Source: Octopus bimaculoides
Lineage: Eukaryota
Assembly (NCBI RefSeq): GCF_001194135.2
Contig: NC_068999.1
Location: 49,649,798 to 49,713,797, forward strand
DNA: 64,000 nucleotides
Reading direction: 5' to 3'
Position numbers and translations under genes: made by a program. Below the pieces are notes generated by a model. It saw nothing but the letters and a program-made list of their open reading frames with translations, had not been told where the DNA came from and ran no database searches. Below are positions 1 to 12,729 of this stretch, in pieces. Position 1 is the first letter of the stretch; the number at the start of each line of letters is the position of its first letter.

Positions 1-32
1 ATATATATCCGCAATATCTGCAACATCAATGT

Positions 33-589
33 TTGTATACTCGGCCAATAGCTCCAGCCATAAATAGAACCGAGATCAGTGTAAAAATTTTATATGAAAA
101 TATAAATATTATTACAATACAATAATATTGTTTTCCAGCGAAATAGAGCACCGTAAATGTAGGAAATAAATAGGAAACAAATAGGAAATAACGGCACAAG
201 GTACCAATCCTTGCTGGAAATAGCAGGCATAACCGTTCGATGCTAGGCAAAGCTTCACTGATCTCGGTTCTGTTTATGGCAGGAGCTATTGGCCGAGTAT
301 ACAGGCATTGATGTAGGGGATATTCTAAATTTAGTCTTTTCGGTAGACCTAGCTGACGAGGACCAATCAGTTTTACGTTAACAAACGTATTCTTAAAAGT
401 TTGAAACTCGAGTACTAGGTAGTTCATTTCTCTGGCGTTCTTCCAAGAGGTAACATGAACATTTTTAATATTCGCCGCCCGCACACATCTTTGCCTCTAT
501 ATATTCAGTGAAGCTTTACCTATCATCGAACGATTATCGACTGCTATTTCCAGCAAAAATGGGTATCTTGTTGTGCCACTATTCCCTAT
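33..589 (+). mobile_element. Penelope-like terminal-repeat (pLTR)/retrozyme-like element with inverted duplicated segments
   Basis: 33-81 is the reverse complement of 256-304 (2 internal mismatches); 181-261 is an imperfect reverse complement of 505-589; a hammerhead motif lies at 347-420. Inverted or partial-tandem pLTRs carrying hammerheads are typical of Penelope-like elements. The classification is inference. Confidence 0.5.
347..420 (+). ncRNA. Type I hammerhead ribozyme motif, intact core
   Basis: ACCTAG(347-352) CTGACGA(353-359) GGAC(360-363) 35-nt loop GTTT(399-402) GAA(403-405) ACTCGAGT(406-413, palindrome) A(414) CTAGGT(415-420). Stem I is 6/6 paired; the cleavage triplet is GUA. 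Confidence 0.78.
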
Positions 590-1047
590 ATATATATATA
601 TATATNNNNNNNNNNNNNNNNNNNNNNNNNNNNNNNNNNNNNNNNNNNNNNNNNNNNNNNNNNNNNNNNNNNNNNNNNNNNNNNNNNNNNNNNNNNNNNN
701 NNNNNNNNNNNNNNNNNNNNNNNNNNNNNNNNNNNNNNNNNNNNNNNNNNNNNNNNNNNNNNNNNNNNNNNNNNNNNNNNNNNNNNNNNNNNNNNNNNNN
801 NNNNNNNNNNNNNNNNNNNNNNNNNNNNNNNNNNNNNNNNNNNNNNNNNNNNNNNNNNNNNNNNNNNNNNNNNNNNNNNNNNNNNNNNNNNNNNNNNNNN
901 NNNNNNNNNNNNNNNNNNNNNNNNNNNNNNNNNNNNNNNNNNNNNNNNNNNNNNNNNNNNNNNNNNNNNNNNNNNNNNNNNNNNNNNNNNNNNNNNNNNN
1001 NNNNNNNNNNNNNNNNNNNNNNNNNNNNNNNNNNNNNNNNNNNNNNN

Positions 1048-1084
<37 letters not shown>

Positions 1085-1088
1085 ACAT

Positions 1089-1147
<59 letters not shown>

Positions 1148-2165
1148 CATATATATATATGCTCATATACATGTACTTATATATATACATTTCCGTGCAT
1201 ATACGTGTGCGCGCGTGTGTGCGTGTGTGCGTGCATGTGTGCGTGCGTATGTATGTGTCTATCTGTGTTTAACGCATAATGTATTGTGGTAAAGGCATTA
1301 ACTCAATTGATCCCGTCACACCTCGGCTTGGTTCTGATTTAAAATCCGGGCGCTGGCAGTTTCGCGATTCCATCACAGTGACAACGGTAACCTATTTACA
1401 CACCTCCACCACCACCACCACTTCCTCCTCAATCACTATGTCTTCCATCACTTACGAGCCGTTAGACCACCCACCCCATCGCCAACAATAAGCAACAACA
1501 AATGATATGTTTGTTCGTCGTGTGTTTATGTAACATTTCAATATTTACTTTTGCATGTATGACAAGTGTATATACCATAGAGAGTAAATCTTGAGAACAA
1601 CTCAGGCTTTCCATCTGAGGTGTCTTGACATATCGTAGTTGAATTGCCAGGGGAGATAAACAGAACATGCATTAACAAAAGCGATATCTGTTTTGTTGAA
1701 GATGAATACATTAAAATTTAATGGAGAACTATATTATTTTTTTTCTTAGTTTTGTACGTTCAATTTTTGTGTATTTTGTTTGATGCTTTTTGAAGGCGTT
1801 TGCTTGTTTATTTATCTATTCTCTTACTTATTTTCAGAAACTCCCTCAAGATAAGAATGTAACAGCGACAATGACGACGATGAAGCCGACTACGGCGACA
1901 GCAGCCATGTTGCTGAGTACAACAGAAAGGATGATGGCCATGATAATTGTGACGACGACTACAGTGTACATTGATGATGGTGATGACGACGATGATGATG
2001 ATATTGGCAAGGGTAACAGCAGCAGTAAATGAGAATACCGAGATGATAAAAATGATAGCCAAGCAGTTTTTAAAGCATTTCAAGGAAAATATGCATTGAA
2101 AAGAAATGTTAAATTTCTCTCTCTCACTCAGTTAGGGTTACGTAAATGCATCAACACCGGTTAAC

Positions 2166-2410
2166 AAGCACTAATGGAAGACAAATACAGGCACAAGAAC
2201 AACACCCACGCACACAAACACACACACACACACATACATATATAGATATATATACGACATGTTTCTTTCAGTTTTCCATACCAAATCTACTCACAAGTCT
2301 CTCGTTATCTCAAAGTTATAGTAGAAAGCACTTGCCCAAGGCACCATGCAATGGGACTGAACCTGGAGCCATGTGTTTGGGAAGCAAACTACTTACCACG
2401 CAGCTATGCA
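2166..2410 (-). mobile_element. tRNA-derived SINE family A (5' half)
   Basis: The minus strand reads AGCTGCGTGG (A-box-like), GGTTCAGTCCC (B-box-like), then CCTTGGGCAAGTGCTTTCTACTATA; homologous to 8631-9052. Confidence 0.8.
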
Positions 2411-2418
2411 TATATATA

Positions 2419-3711
2419 CGAGGTGGTATCAAAAGGTTCCCGGACTAGTTCTGTAGCGTGGCAACAGATGGCAGCACACAGTCGTGTACGCAGCAAGAGC
2501 TAGCAGAGACCTTCACGAGAGTGTGTTGAGTGATATCGCTGCGAGTTGTGAAGTTTGTGTCTTTGTGATCACGTGTACGCTGTTGTCTGCGATTTTGTTA
2601 TGGACAGGAAGTTGGAAGAAAGAGCCAACGAGAGGTTTTTCGTTAAACTACGCAAGTCTGCTACAGAGACATTCAGCATGCTTCGATAAGTTTACGCTGA
2701 CGGGACAATGGGTCGTACGCAATGCTTCGAGTGGTGCGAGCGCTTCAAAAGCGGGAGAACGTCCTTGGAAGATGATGCGCGATCTGGGTGATCTAGGTCA
2801 CGCCCGGAAATAAGGAGAAAATCTATCAGCTTGTGCATGAAGACCGTCGGAGGACAGTCAACATATTGATGATGTTGTTGGTCTATCGTATGGGCCGGTG
2901 CAGGCAAAGATAACGTCTGAAATAAAGATGCGACGTGTCACTGCCGAGTTAATTTCCCCTGACTGCTGACCACTCAGCAGAGAGAACACCGCCTCGAAGT
3001 CAGTCAATACCTCCGTGAGCGTTCCACTGATGACCCACCCTTCGTGTCGAAGATTATTATCGGTGACGAGAGTTGGGCCGACGCGAAAGACCCTGAGACG
3101 AAGCAGCAGTCATCTCAATAGAAAAGTCATTTATCTCCAAGACTAAAGAAGGCGTAATCGAGCCGCAGTTCACTCAAGAGTATGCTCACCGTGTTTTTTC
3201 TTTCGACATCCGCAATATTGTGCATCGAGAATTCGTGCCCAAGGGCCAGACCGCCAATCAAGAGTTCCGCTGTAGCGTTTTGAAACGTTTCAAGGTGGAC
3301 ATTCGGCTAAAGCGAACGGATCTGTGGAGCACGGAGTTTCTTCACAACAACAATGCACCCGGTACCGAACTCTTCTCTTTCGCGAGTTTCTCCCCCAATA
3401 CAACATGGTATCGCTTCCGCACCCTTCCTATTCACCAGATTTAGCAACTGTGGACTTCCCGAAGATGAAAATGCAGCTCAAACATCGCCGTTTTAATACC
3501 GTTGTCGAAATCCAGACCGAATCGCAGAAGATCCTCGACTCACATATGGAAAACTACTTCCAGGCCGGATTCCAAAAGTGGCAAGAAAGCTGGGACCGGT
3601 GTATTGGTGCACAAGGTGACTATTTCGAAGGAGATGATGTTAAAATTTTGGTAAATAGGTTATTTCTTTTATTAAACATGACTAGTCTTGGAACTTTTTG
3701 ATACCACCTCG
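2419..3711 (+). mobile_element. Full-length (1293 bp) inactive mariner transposon
   Basis: Left end CGAGGTGGTATCAAAAGGTTCCCGGACTAGT; right end reverse-complemented CGAGGTGGTATCAAAAAGTTCCAAGACTAGT; TA at 2417-2418 and 3712-3713; a transposase remnant lies inside. Confidence 0.95.
2600..3640 (+). pseudogene. Mariner DD34D transposase pseudogene
   Basis: MDRKLEERAN...RTQCFEWCERFKSGRTSLEDDARSG (HTH), GDESW (first D), HNNNAP (HHDNAP decayed), HPSYSPDLATVDF, WDRCIGAQGDYFEGD; contains in-frame stops (TAA, TGA, TAG) and frameshifts. Confidence 0.92.
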
Positions 3712-4479
3712 TATGTCATTGGTTTGTTTGCTTATCCAGAAAATATTAACATTTTAGCTGAAGCGCTGAGCGTATAGAGGAAAGTATGTGAATGCAATAT
3801 AATATCAATTGGTCACATGAAAAAGATACTGTAGTACTAAAGATAAACCGAAAAAAGTGTTAAAATATTCAGAATAGTGCGGATTAATTGCTCATGGATT
3901 GATTCTGACAACGTGGAACATTCTTAGATATTAAAGATTATGCATATAGTCAATGTTATCCGAAAAACGGTAAATAATTCTCTCTAAGCGTTAATATACA
4001 TTAAACGATATATATGAGATAACAAGAAGAAACTTTATTTCCCAAAGGAAAAAAATGTATCAGGAAGTATATTCTTCGTCGTTGCTTTTGTATTTAGTTG
4101 TGTCTGAATCTGTTAACGAATTCTTTTGTATCGGAGAACTAATGAATGAAGATGTGGTGGACAGACAATCTCTGAAGGCGTTGCATACTGACTGTACAGG
4201 AATCGAATGATGATGCTGATGTCTCTATGTAATTAGACGAATGTGAAAAAGCTATTCAAAGAAATACCAATTAATTAAAAGTTAAAGTAGCAACTTATTT
4301 TTAGATACTGGAATCAAAGATTTCGAAGAAAACTAATTAAAAGTAAATGAAACTGAGAAACCTAAATGCAAGCAACGCCCCGAAAATTAAAATCGAGTAT
4401 TGTTAATATTGTTGGACTAATATTAAAGTTTAAAGTGTGTGCTAGAAATACAATTATAAATCCAAATCTCTTTCTTCCT

Positions 4480-4533
<54 letters not shown>

Positions 4534-4745
4534 TCTCTCTCTATATATACACACAAACACAAACACACACGTATACACACACACACATATAATGGAATCT
4601 CCCGACGAAGGCGGCATATGAATGCTCAGTTTTTGCTGAACGTCCTACATATATATGATTTGTTTAAAGTGGTCAAAACTACATGCTGTACATTAGGTCA
4701 CTCACAGGAAATCCACATTGTTTGAACAGGTGCATAAATGTGAAG

Positions 4746-4875
4746 CGCGTCAGATATGGAAAAGGTCGCAGAGCAACGTCAGATGAAGTGCTTTGATGAA
4801 GAACACAACGCATCACCTAGCCCAGGAATTGAAACCACGATCGTAAGTGCAACATCCTAACCATTCGGCCATACG
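4746..4875 (-). mobile_element. tRNA-derived SINE family D, head
   Basis: The minus strand reads TGGCCGAATGGTTAG (A box) ... GGTTTCAATTCC (B box), followed by GATGCGTTGTGTTCTT; similar to 25325-25527. Confidence 0.7.
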
Positions 4876-4947
4876 GTCACACACACACACATGTATAGTT
4901 TAGGACAATCAGTAAGTTGTCATGATAGGATTCAGAGTCTGAAATGC

Positions 4948-4989
4948 CGATCGTGTTTTCAATTCATGGACTAGGTGATGCGTTGTGTT
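4948..4989 (+). mobile_element. SINE family D head fragment
   Basis: Inverted copy of 4802-4843. Confidence 0.65.
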
Positions 4990-5077
4990 ATTTCTTATTA
5001 TTTCGTCTTATTTCCGATATCCGTTACTCATAATTGTTAATCTAAAATAGATAAGATACATCTAATAAAAAAAATAG

Positions 5078-5322
5078 AATGATACTCCGTCGATTACGAC
5101 GACGAGAGTTGAAGTGGATTCGAGCAACGGAACGGCCTGCTCGTGAAATTAACGTGCAAGTGGCTGAACCCTCCACAGGCAGGTGTACACTTAACGTAGT
5201 TCTCAGGGAGATTCGGTGTGACACAGAATGTGGCAAGGCTGACTCTTTGAACTACATGTACATCTCATTTATGCCAGCTGATTGTACTGGAGCAATGTGA
5301 AATAAAGTGTCTCGCTTAAGGA
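5078..5322 (-). mobile_element. SINE family D core and 3' body
   Basis: The minus strand reads CCTTAAGCGAGACACTTTATTTCACATTGCTCCAGTACAATCAGCTGGCATAAATG, a CORE-like segment matching TTGCCTCAGTCCACTCAGCTACAAAATG at about 25500; the 3' part resembles 26330-26520. Confidence 0.6.
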
Positions 5323-6050
5323 ATCTCACGTGAGCCAGATAACCTCACTACTAAGTCATGAAAAGGAGAGCATAGTACAAATAGAAAAAAAAACTTTAAC
5401 ATTCCCAGTAGTTAGAATGAAATAATATTCAGAAGCAAGAATAAGACAAGAGAAAGGAAAACGAAGAGGTGAAATAAAACAAAAATTATTCTTTTTCGCT
5501 GTACGAGGAAACAATGGAATGTGAACGGAGGGGAAAATATTTCGATAATTATTAAAACAATTGAACGAATAAGATCAAATTAAAACTAGAAGTACAGATA
5601 TTAATTAATGAACGAAGTGAAAACGAAATGAAAACCGCTTCGCAGTCAATATCCAGCAAGACACGATGTAAGAAAGTAGGTTTATTTGAAACTTAACAAT
5701 GACTAACCAAAACATTTGAACAAAAGGCTGATATGAAAGGTTTGTAAGAGTTGTATTGATCAGTGCCTGGCCATAACACAAGCACAACAAATAATATGTG
5801 AGAGAAAGATGAGAATATTAACCGTAACTAGAAGGCACATTATGCGCAAAAAAAACAAAACAAAAATAAATCAATGAACGATAAATGATGAACGAAAGAT
5901 AAAATGCCAACACATTATGGTCTAAAAGAATGTAAATATATTGACGTTTCGGGCAATTTTTCTTTTGTCAAAGTAGCTAGAAGATCCTGTAGAACACATA
6001 TATGTCTGTCTACACACACACACATTATTTATACATACAAACATACACAC

Positions 6051-6086
<36 letters not shown>

Positions 6087-6892
6087 NNNNNNNNNNNNNN
6101 NNNNNNNNNNNNNNNNNNNNNNNNNNNNNNNNNNNNNNNNNNNNNNNNNNNNNNNNNNNNNNNNNNNNNNNNNNNNNNNNNNNNNNNNNNNNNNNNNNNN
6201 NNNNNNNNNNNNNNNNNNNNNNNNNNNNNNNNNNNNNNNNNNNNNNNNNNNNNNNNNNNNNNNNNNNNNNNNNNNNNNNNNNNNNNNNNNNNNNNNNNNN
6301 NNNNNNNNNNNNNNNNNNNNNNNNNNNNNNNNNNNNNNNNNNNNNNNNNNNNNNNNNNNNNNNNNNNNNNNNNNNNNNNNNNNNNNNNNNNNNNNNNNNN
6401 NNNNNNNNNNNNNNNNNNNNNNNNNNNNNNNNNNNNNNNNNNNNNNNNNNNNNNNNNNNNNNNNNNNNNNNNNNNNNNNNNNNNNNNNNNNNNNNNNNNN
6501 NNNNNNNNNNNNNNNNNNNNNNNNNNNNNNNNNNNNNNNNNNNNNNNNNNNNNNNNNNNNNNNNNNNNNNNNNNNNNNNNNNNNNNNNNNNNNNNNNNNN
6601 NNNNNNNNNNNNNNNNNNNNNNNNNNNNNNNNNNNNNNNNNNNNNNNNNNNNNNNNNNNNNNNNNNNNNNNNNNNNNNNNNNNNNNNNNNNNNNNNNNNN
6701 NNNNNNNNNNNNNNNNNNNNNNNNNNNNNNNNNNNNNNNNNNNNNNNNNNNNNNNNNNNNNNNNNNNNNNNNNNNNNNNNNNNNNNNNNNNNNNNNNNNN
6801 NNNNNNNNNNNNNNNNNNNNNNNNNNNNNNNNNNNNNNNNNNNNNNNNNNNNNNNNNNNNNNNNNNNNNNNNNNNNNNNNNNNNNNNNNNNN

Positions 6893-6959
<67 letters not shown>

Positions 6960-7598
6960 TACACACCTCACACATAGATACGCAGATAGAGATGAATCAT
7001 CCACCTATCATCCATCATACATAGAACATTTCTGTCATGTACGTCCCAGACTGACAGACAGGATTTTATCGTTTTGGCAGGCAGCTCAGCACATCTTGAA
7101 AGACAAGAGCGTGGTTATAAATACTAGTTAGATATCCTTGATATCCATACTAATATTGGTCAGTGGACAACCAAGTATTGATCAGCTCTTAGTCTTGTGT
7201 TAAATGAAAACACTACTTAATGTTCGATGTTTATTGGAATCAGATACTAGATTTCATGATAACCGTGCTAATATTAGCCATTGTAGAAAACGAAATTCAT
7301 TATTCCTAAAACGTATCACACTCGGTGATTATACAAATAGTAATATATCAATATAAATACACCATTTCTTCGAAATATTAATAATGATAGTACACATGAA
7401 CTCAAAGACGAGTAAAATTTTTCATAGTAATTAGATTATATATATATATATATATATACATATGGCAAATGAAAGGCGGAAGATGGAATATATGCGAATT
7501 TATCATTAATCACAACAATTGTTTCGACACGTCTAGCATTGATTCCTCATGGGTGGGACACTCAACAACTGGTTCATTCGTTTTATTATCCACTATAT

Positions 7599-7629
<31 letters not shown>

Positions 7630-8630
7630 TGTATATATACATATATACAATCGCACACACATATATATATGCAGATATACATACACACACACATATATAT
7701 ACATATGTATTTATATATTTACGTGCGTATTAATCTATATGTGTATATATACATTATATATATATATATACCAATATATGCGTGTGCATGTGTCTAGCCT
7801 ACAGTTCTTGGTAGAGTCTATCTATTTATCTGTCTGTCTCTCTCTATATATATATGTAAGAGTGTAATTGTTTAGGATATCATTAAAATTAGAATATTAA
7901 TACTTAAATGCAATTTCCTGATGTAATGACTTCCTATCAGGTTCGCCGATATTATTTAATTAATTATTTACTAATAATGTAATAATTATGTTGCAATTAA
8001 ACTGCTGGCGTTTTAAAATTGAAACAGCTATAGAATAAAGCAAATGGTATTTTTGAAATATCGTTATGATATACAGAGATAAATTCATGCAAAGTACGCT
8101 GACAAACACACAAAGACGTACATTCACGCGCACCCACACGCGCACACGGACATATAACATATCGGGGGAAAAGATATATCACTGGATACGTTATATAAAC
8201 AAGTAGAATGTTAACTGTCGGTTATGCACTGAATGCTACCACTTGATAATGTTTCTTCAAACATACTGGCTGGAATCACGTAGTCTCTTTATCATTAGAG
8301 GTATATAGACTCTTTATCATCGGAGACATATAGACTCTAATTTCACTCGATGTGACTATTAGATATAGAAGAGCTGTATTTTCACATAAGTTCTCCATAG
8401 ATGTTCTCCTTTTTCCAGTTTCCGAGACATTCATATCTGTTCGGCAGCTGATATCCATAAAACTGCAAAGCTTTCAATCCTTATTCTACTGGATAATATC
8501 ACGCATACACCGGGTCGATGTTTTGCACAAGTGTTAGAAATAACTTATATTTTGGTCAAGCAATTTAAAATAATAATATCTGCCACATACTGTTTGAAAA
8601 TATGACAATAATATTTTTTAATGAATGAGG

Positions 8631-9052
8631 TACTCTTTTTACTCTTTTACTCTTTTACTTGTTTCAGTCATTTGACTGCGGCCATGCTAGAGCTCCGCCT
8701 TTAGTCGAGCAAATCGACCCCAGGACTTATTCTTTGGAAGCCTAGTACTTATTCTATCGGTGTCTTTTGCCGAACCGCTAAGTTACGGGGACGTAAACAC
8801 ACCACCATCGGTTGTCAAGTGATGTTGGGGTGGACAAACACAGACACACAAACATATACACACACATAAATATATATATATACATATATACGACAGGCTT
8901 CTTTCAGTTTCCGTCTACCAAATCCACTCACAAGGCTTTGGTCGGCCCGATGCTATAGTAGAAGACACTTGCCCAAGGTGCCACGCAGTGGGAATGAACT
9001 CGGAACCATGTGGTTCGTAAGCAAGCTACTTACCACACAGCCACTCCTGCAC
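8631..9052 (-). mobile_element. Full-length tRNA-derived SINE family A
   Basis: Minus strand: TGGCTGTGTGG A box, GAGTTCATTCCC B box, CCTTGGGCAAGTGTCTTCTACTATAGC core, internal (TG)n/(TA)n, tail of GAGTAAAA repeats; possible short TSD TGAGG (8626-8630 and 9054-9058). Confidence 0.9.
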
Positions 9053-11796
9053 CTGAGGGACGTGACAAAATAAAAAAAAATCATAATGTTGTAATTCATT
9101 AAAAGCTGTAAATTGGAATAATAAGAATCACATTATTATAATTCATACTTTTCTTTTACTTGTTGTTGCTCAGCCGTAAATTATCCCTGACCATGCAGTA
9201 CTCAAATCAAAAGCGTTGCGGCCGTGACACACCCATTTTTTTAAATGTAAATGTTGCAGTTTATATGATTTAAGAGAATTCTATTTGTTATGTTAAGTTG
9301 ATCGAACAAACGCGAGAAAGGCTTTTCATTGTCTCTTCTTTCAATTGCATCATTATACCGTCAGATACGCTTCAAATAATGATATGTTATTTTATTATCA
9401 AATATGATAGAATTTAAGGATTTTCGTTATACTTTCATAAAGACTTCAGTTTAATAAGTATAGGAGCTTATATAATTAATAAGTTCCTGCTAAACCAAGT
9501 CTGCAACGCAGGTTCTATTCCAATAAAACCATTTCAACTCATTGGCTTCATGTCCCTATCTTTTTCTACCTACAGCCAATATCTTTGAGAGAGATTGAAG
9601 TCTGCCTGGTTGACATATATTTGGCACACTACATTAAAAGGAGACGAACCTTTACACCCTTACACAGCGACCCAGTAAGGGACAGAGCAAATGATAATTA
9701 ATTTCCCCATATCATTGGTTTCACACGATTTCATTTACCACTGCGAGGGGCACCGTTATCAGTTTCACTGTAACCTTAGCAATATGGCGTCTAATGGATA
9801 ATAGAGTCTGATATTTCAACATTCAATTCTACACCCAACAGCGTTCTTTGGTTCGTTAAGTATAGTTCAGGGGTTTCGACGCCTATTCTTTAAAAAAAGT
9901 CTTATTTTTTTCTTTGACAATATCAAGGAATATTAGAATACTGTGTGGCACTGCATCCCAGACGATTTTCGCTTTTTTGTATTTGTGTGTCTCTAAGGTT
10001 TTCAAGATGTAGTTTATTGCACATATCTCAATTCTTCACTTCAGCAGGGTGCCGTTATGGTAAAAGCATCAAGGAAGTTGAAGAGATCTTTGTGAATTTT
10101 AACATTGTTTCTCCGAATTACCATTTTCTGGAAAGTTTTACAGACTTTTACAGTTTCACTGATGACTTAGATCTGTTGTCTTCGAATCAGCCTTCTTTCT
10201 GATTTTGAGAAGCCTAATTTCTCAAGATTCATATTTAGACAGTGTGTTACATACCCCCAATAATTACAGGTGTAAACCTGAACTTATAACCTAGATGGAG
10301 TGACAGTAGATTCCTCAATTGTTCAGCGTAAGTATTCTGTTTTTCACTGATCTTCAGCTTTATGTTAACATCCGCTGCGCAGCTGATTTCTGCAACTGTT
10401 ACACAGTTTCTCTTCTCTGTCCCAAATTATTATATCAGGGCTATTGTGTTTAGATTTTGTTGAGGTTTTCACTGGGACATTCCATCAGTACACCTTTGCA
10501 TGTATGTATGTATGTATGTATGTATGTATGTATGTATGTATGTATGTATGTATGTATGTATGTATGTATGTGCAAACACATATTCATATACATTTTCATA
10601 TATTTGTACGTGTGTGTGAGAGCGGACGACAAAATACTTATAAAGTTCGATTTTCATCAAAAGATGTTTTCCATTTAACTTGAATAGAGAGAATATAACC
10701 ACAATATATAACAAATCACCTTGAGTTGTCTTTCTATATTTATGAATGTGGTAATACATAACAATGGTATCCATTATCGAAAGGATGCAGTAAGAGCTAT
10801 TTCTATTTTAGTTGAATGCAATCCATAAGAGTCGAACACCGTAGACTTTGGTTATAGATCGTTATATATAGAACCTTTTATACCTGTATTGAATAAATTC
10901 TAGTATTTCGGGTTGTTCCGCTCCTTATCGATCATTCATCTTTGTATGATTAACAAGAACGTTTCTTTTGTCGTGTTTGTATTTTAATATTTTCTCGAAA
11001 CTCTTAGTTCGTTGTTGAGTTTAATTATGTTATATGGTATTTATAAATTGTGAAGTAGAAAACAAAAACACATGCACACACTCTCTCGCGCACACACACA
11101 GATATATACATGGGGAGGGATTGGGTGTGTTTGTGTGTGTGTACGTGTGCATTTATGTAAGTATGTATACATGTATTTATATATGATTGTATCTATATAT
11201 ATACGTAAGTGAATGTATACATATATTTTTATATACACATATATGTGTATATATACATACATATATGTATAAATATATATATACTTATATACATATATAA
11301 TTACATTTATACACTTACACATACATATATTAGTAAGCCTATATGCGTGTGAGTATATTATGTACTTCCGCACACAAACATTGAAGCACACACATATACA
11401 CATGTGTGTGAATGTGTATATATGTGTGTGTGTGTATCTATGTGTGTGTGTGTATATCTATGTGTGTGTGTGTTTATGTTTAAGTGCATTAATATATTAT
11501 AAATAGCAGGATTAAATGTATTGCAGATGCAACGAGTGTATCTCTTCGTACAAAAGTTTTGCAAAGCGCTCAATTAAATAGAAATGAATCAAATTTGAGT
11601 GGAATAATATATAAATATATCGAAACAAGTTAACTGGTGTGACATGTGGAAAGTAAAGGCAGGTTCATATATTAAAATAAACATGCATATTACATTTACC
11701 ATCTCTCTAATCCGAGCAAAAATATCTACGATATATTTATTTCTATAATCAATATTATAATAGCCTCATTTTGAATTTTGTTATTAATGACTCGTT

Positions 11797-11830
11797 GTAA
11801 GCTGGCAGAAACGTTAGCACGCCGAGGAAA
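11797..11830 (+). mobile_element. SINE family B head fragment
   Basis: AAGCTGGCAGAAACGTTAGCACGCCG matches the heads at 21976 and 31623. Confidence 0.55.
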
Positions 11831-12689
11831 AGGAGAGAAATATTAAAACGAGAGAAATGTTAAAGCGCCTGATATAAACTAAGTCAGCGTCGAATGAACA
11901 ACGCCAGATACGCAAAGCCAAAACGAATTTGTCGAAAAACATATGTTATGCTGTTCTGTTTATTGAGCAAACTCAATATGCTTTTAACACAGTAGCATAG
12001 GATTTCCAAAGAGCCGATCGAACGCGTGCCGGATCTTTCGTCATAAAGTACCATCAAATTATTAAAAAAACAAAATCGCCTCGGTTTTTATAAACGGATA
12101 AATTCCTATCATCATTCAGATCTAGAGATTATACAAAAAATTGTTATGAAACCCAATAACCCTCAATTCTACGAAACACTGCAAAATATGAAACCAAAAA
12201 AAAAAAAAGTGTTGAAAGCCAAGCCGCAATTCTAAAAACGGGGATGAGCCAATAAGCAGCCTAAGAACGGTAGTCGTTGTGAGATTGTTATAAATTAGCT
12301 ATATTTATTAGATCAACAAAAGAGTCTAAAGAAACAAAGCATGGCATGTTAAAATAATTGTGCATGTTAGATGAAACCAAACAGGGTATTAGAGACCTTA
12401 TGGTTTACATTATATCTGTAGGAGATTTAGTAAGATTAGATCGGGGTTTAGCTTCAAAGTGGGGAACCATAATTATATGCTTCATTTGCGTCGAGCATGC
12501 AATGCTGATGCAATTTTAATTAATATACTGATTATCATAATTATCATTTCTAATAATGATTATTAGTGTTGTTATTTTTATGGTGGTGAGGGTGGGGGTG
12601 GGGGTGGCGTTGTGAATCGTGTCTCTGTTGTTGATATCTGAGATCAGTCTCTTTGCAAACAGCTGAAAAGACACCGGGTGGAAAATAAC

Positions 12690-12695
12690 TTGTAA

Positions 12696-12729
<34 letters not shown>

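Noticed and set aside
26-484. 152-aa minus-strand ORF
   Set aside because: No recognisable domain; it is the antisense of the hammerhead-bearing repeat and crosses its inverted segments.
2132-2140. TTAGGGTTA telomere-like motif
   Set aside because: Only 1.5 units; chance.
3027-3055. CTGATGA inside the mariner
   Set aside because: Explained by transposase codons (TDDP); no GAAA box or stems.
2340-9052. tRNA genes at A/B-box motifs
   Set aside because: No cloverleaf can be completed and each motif continues into a SINE body.
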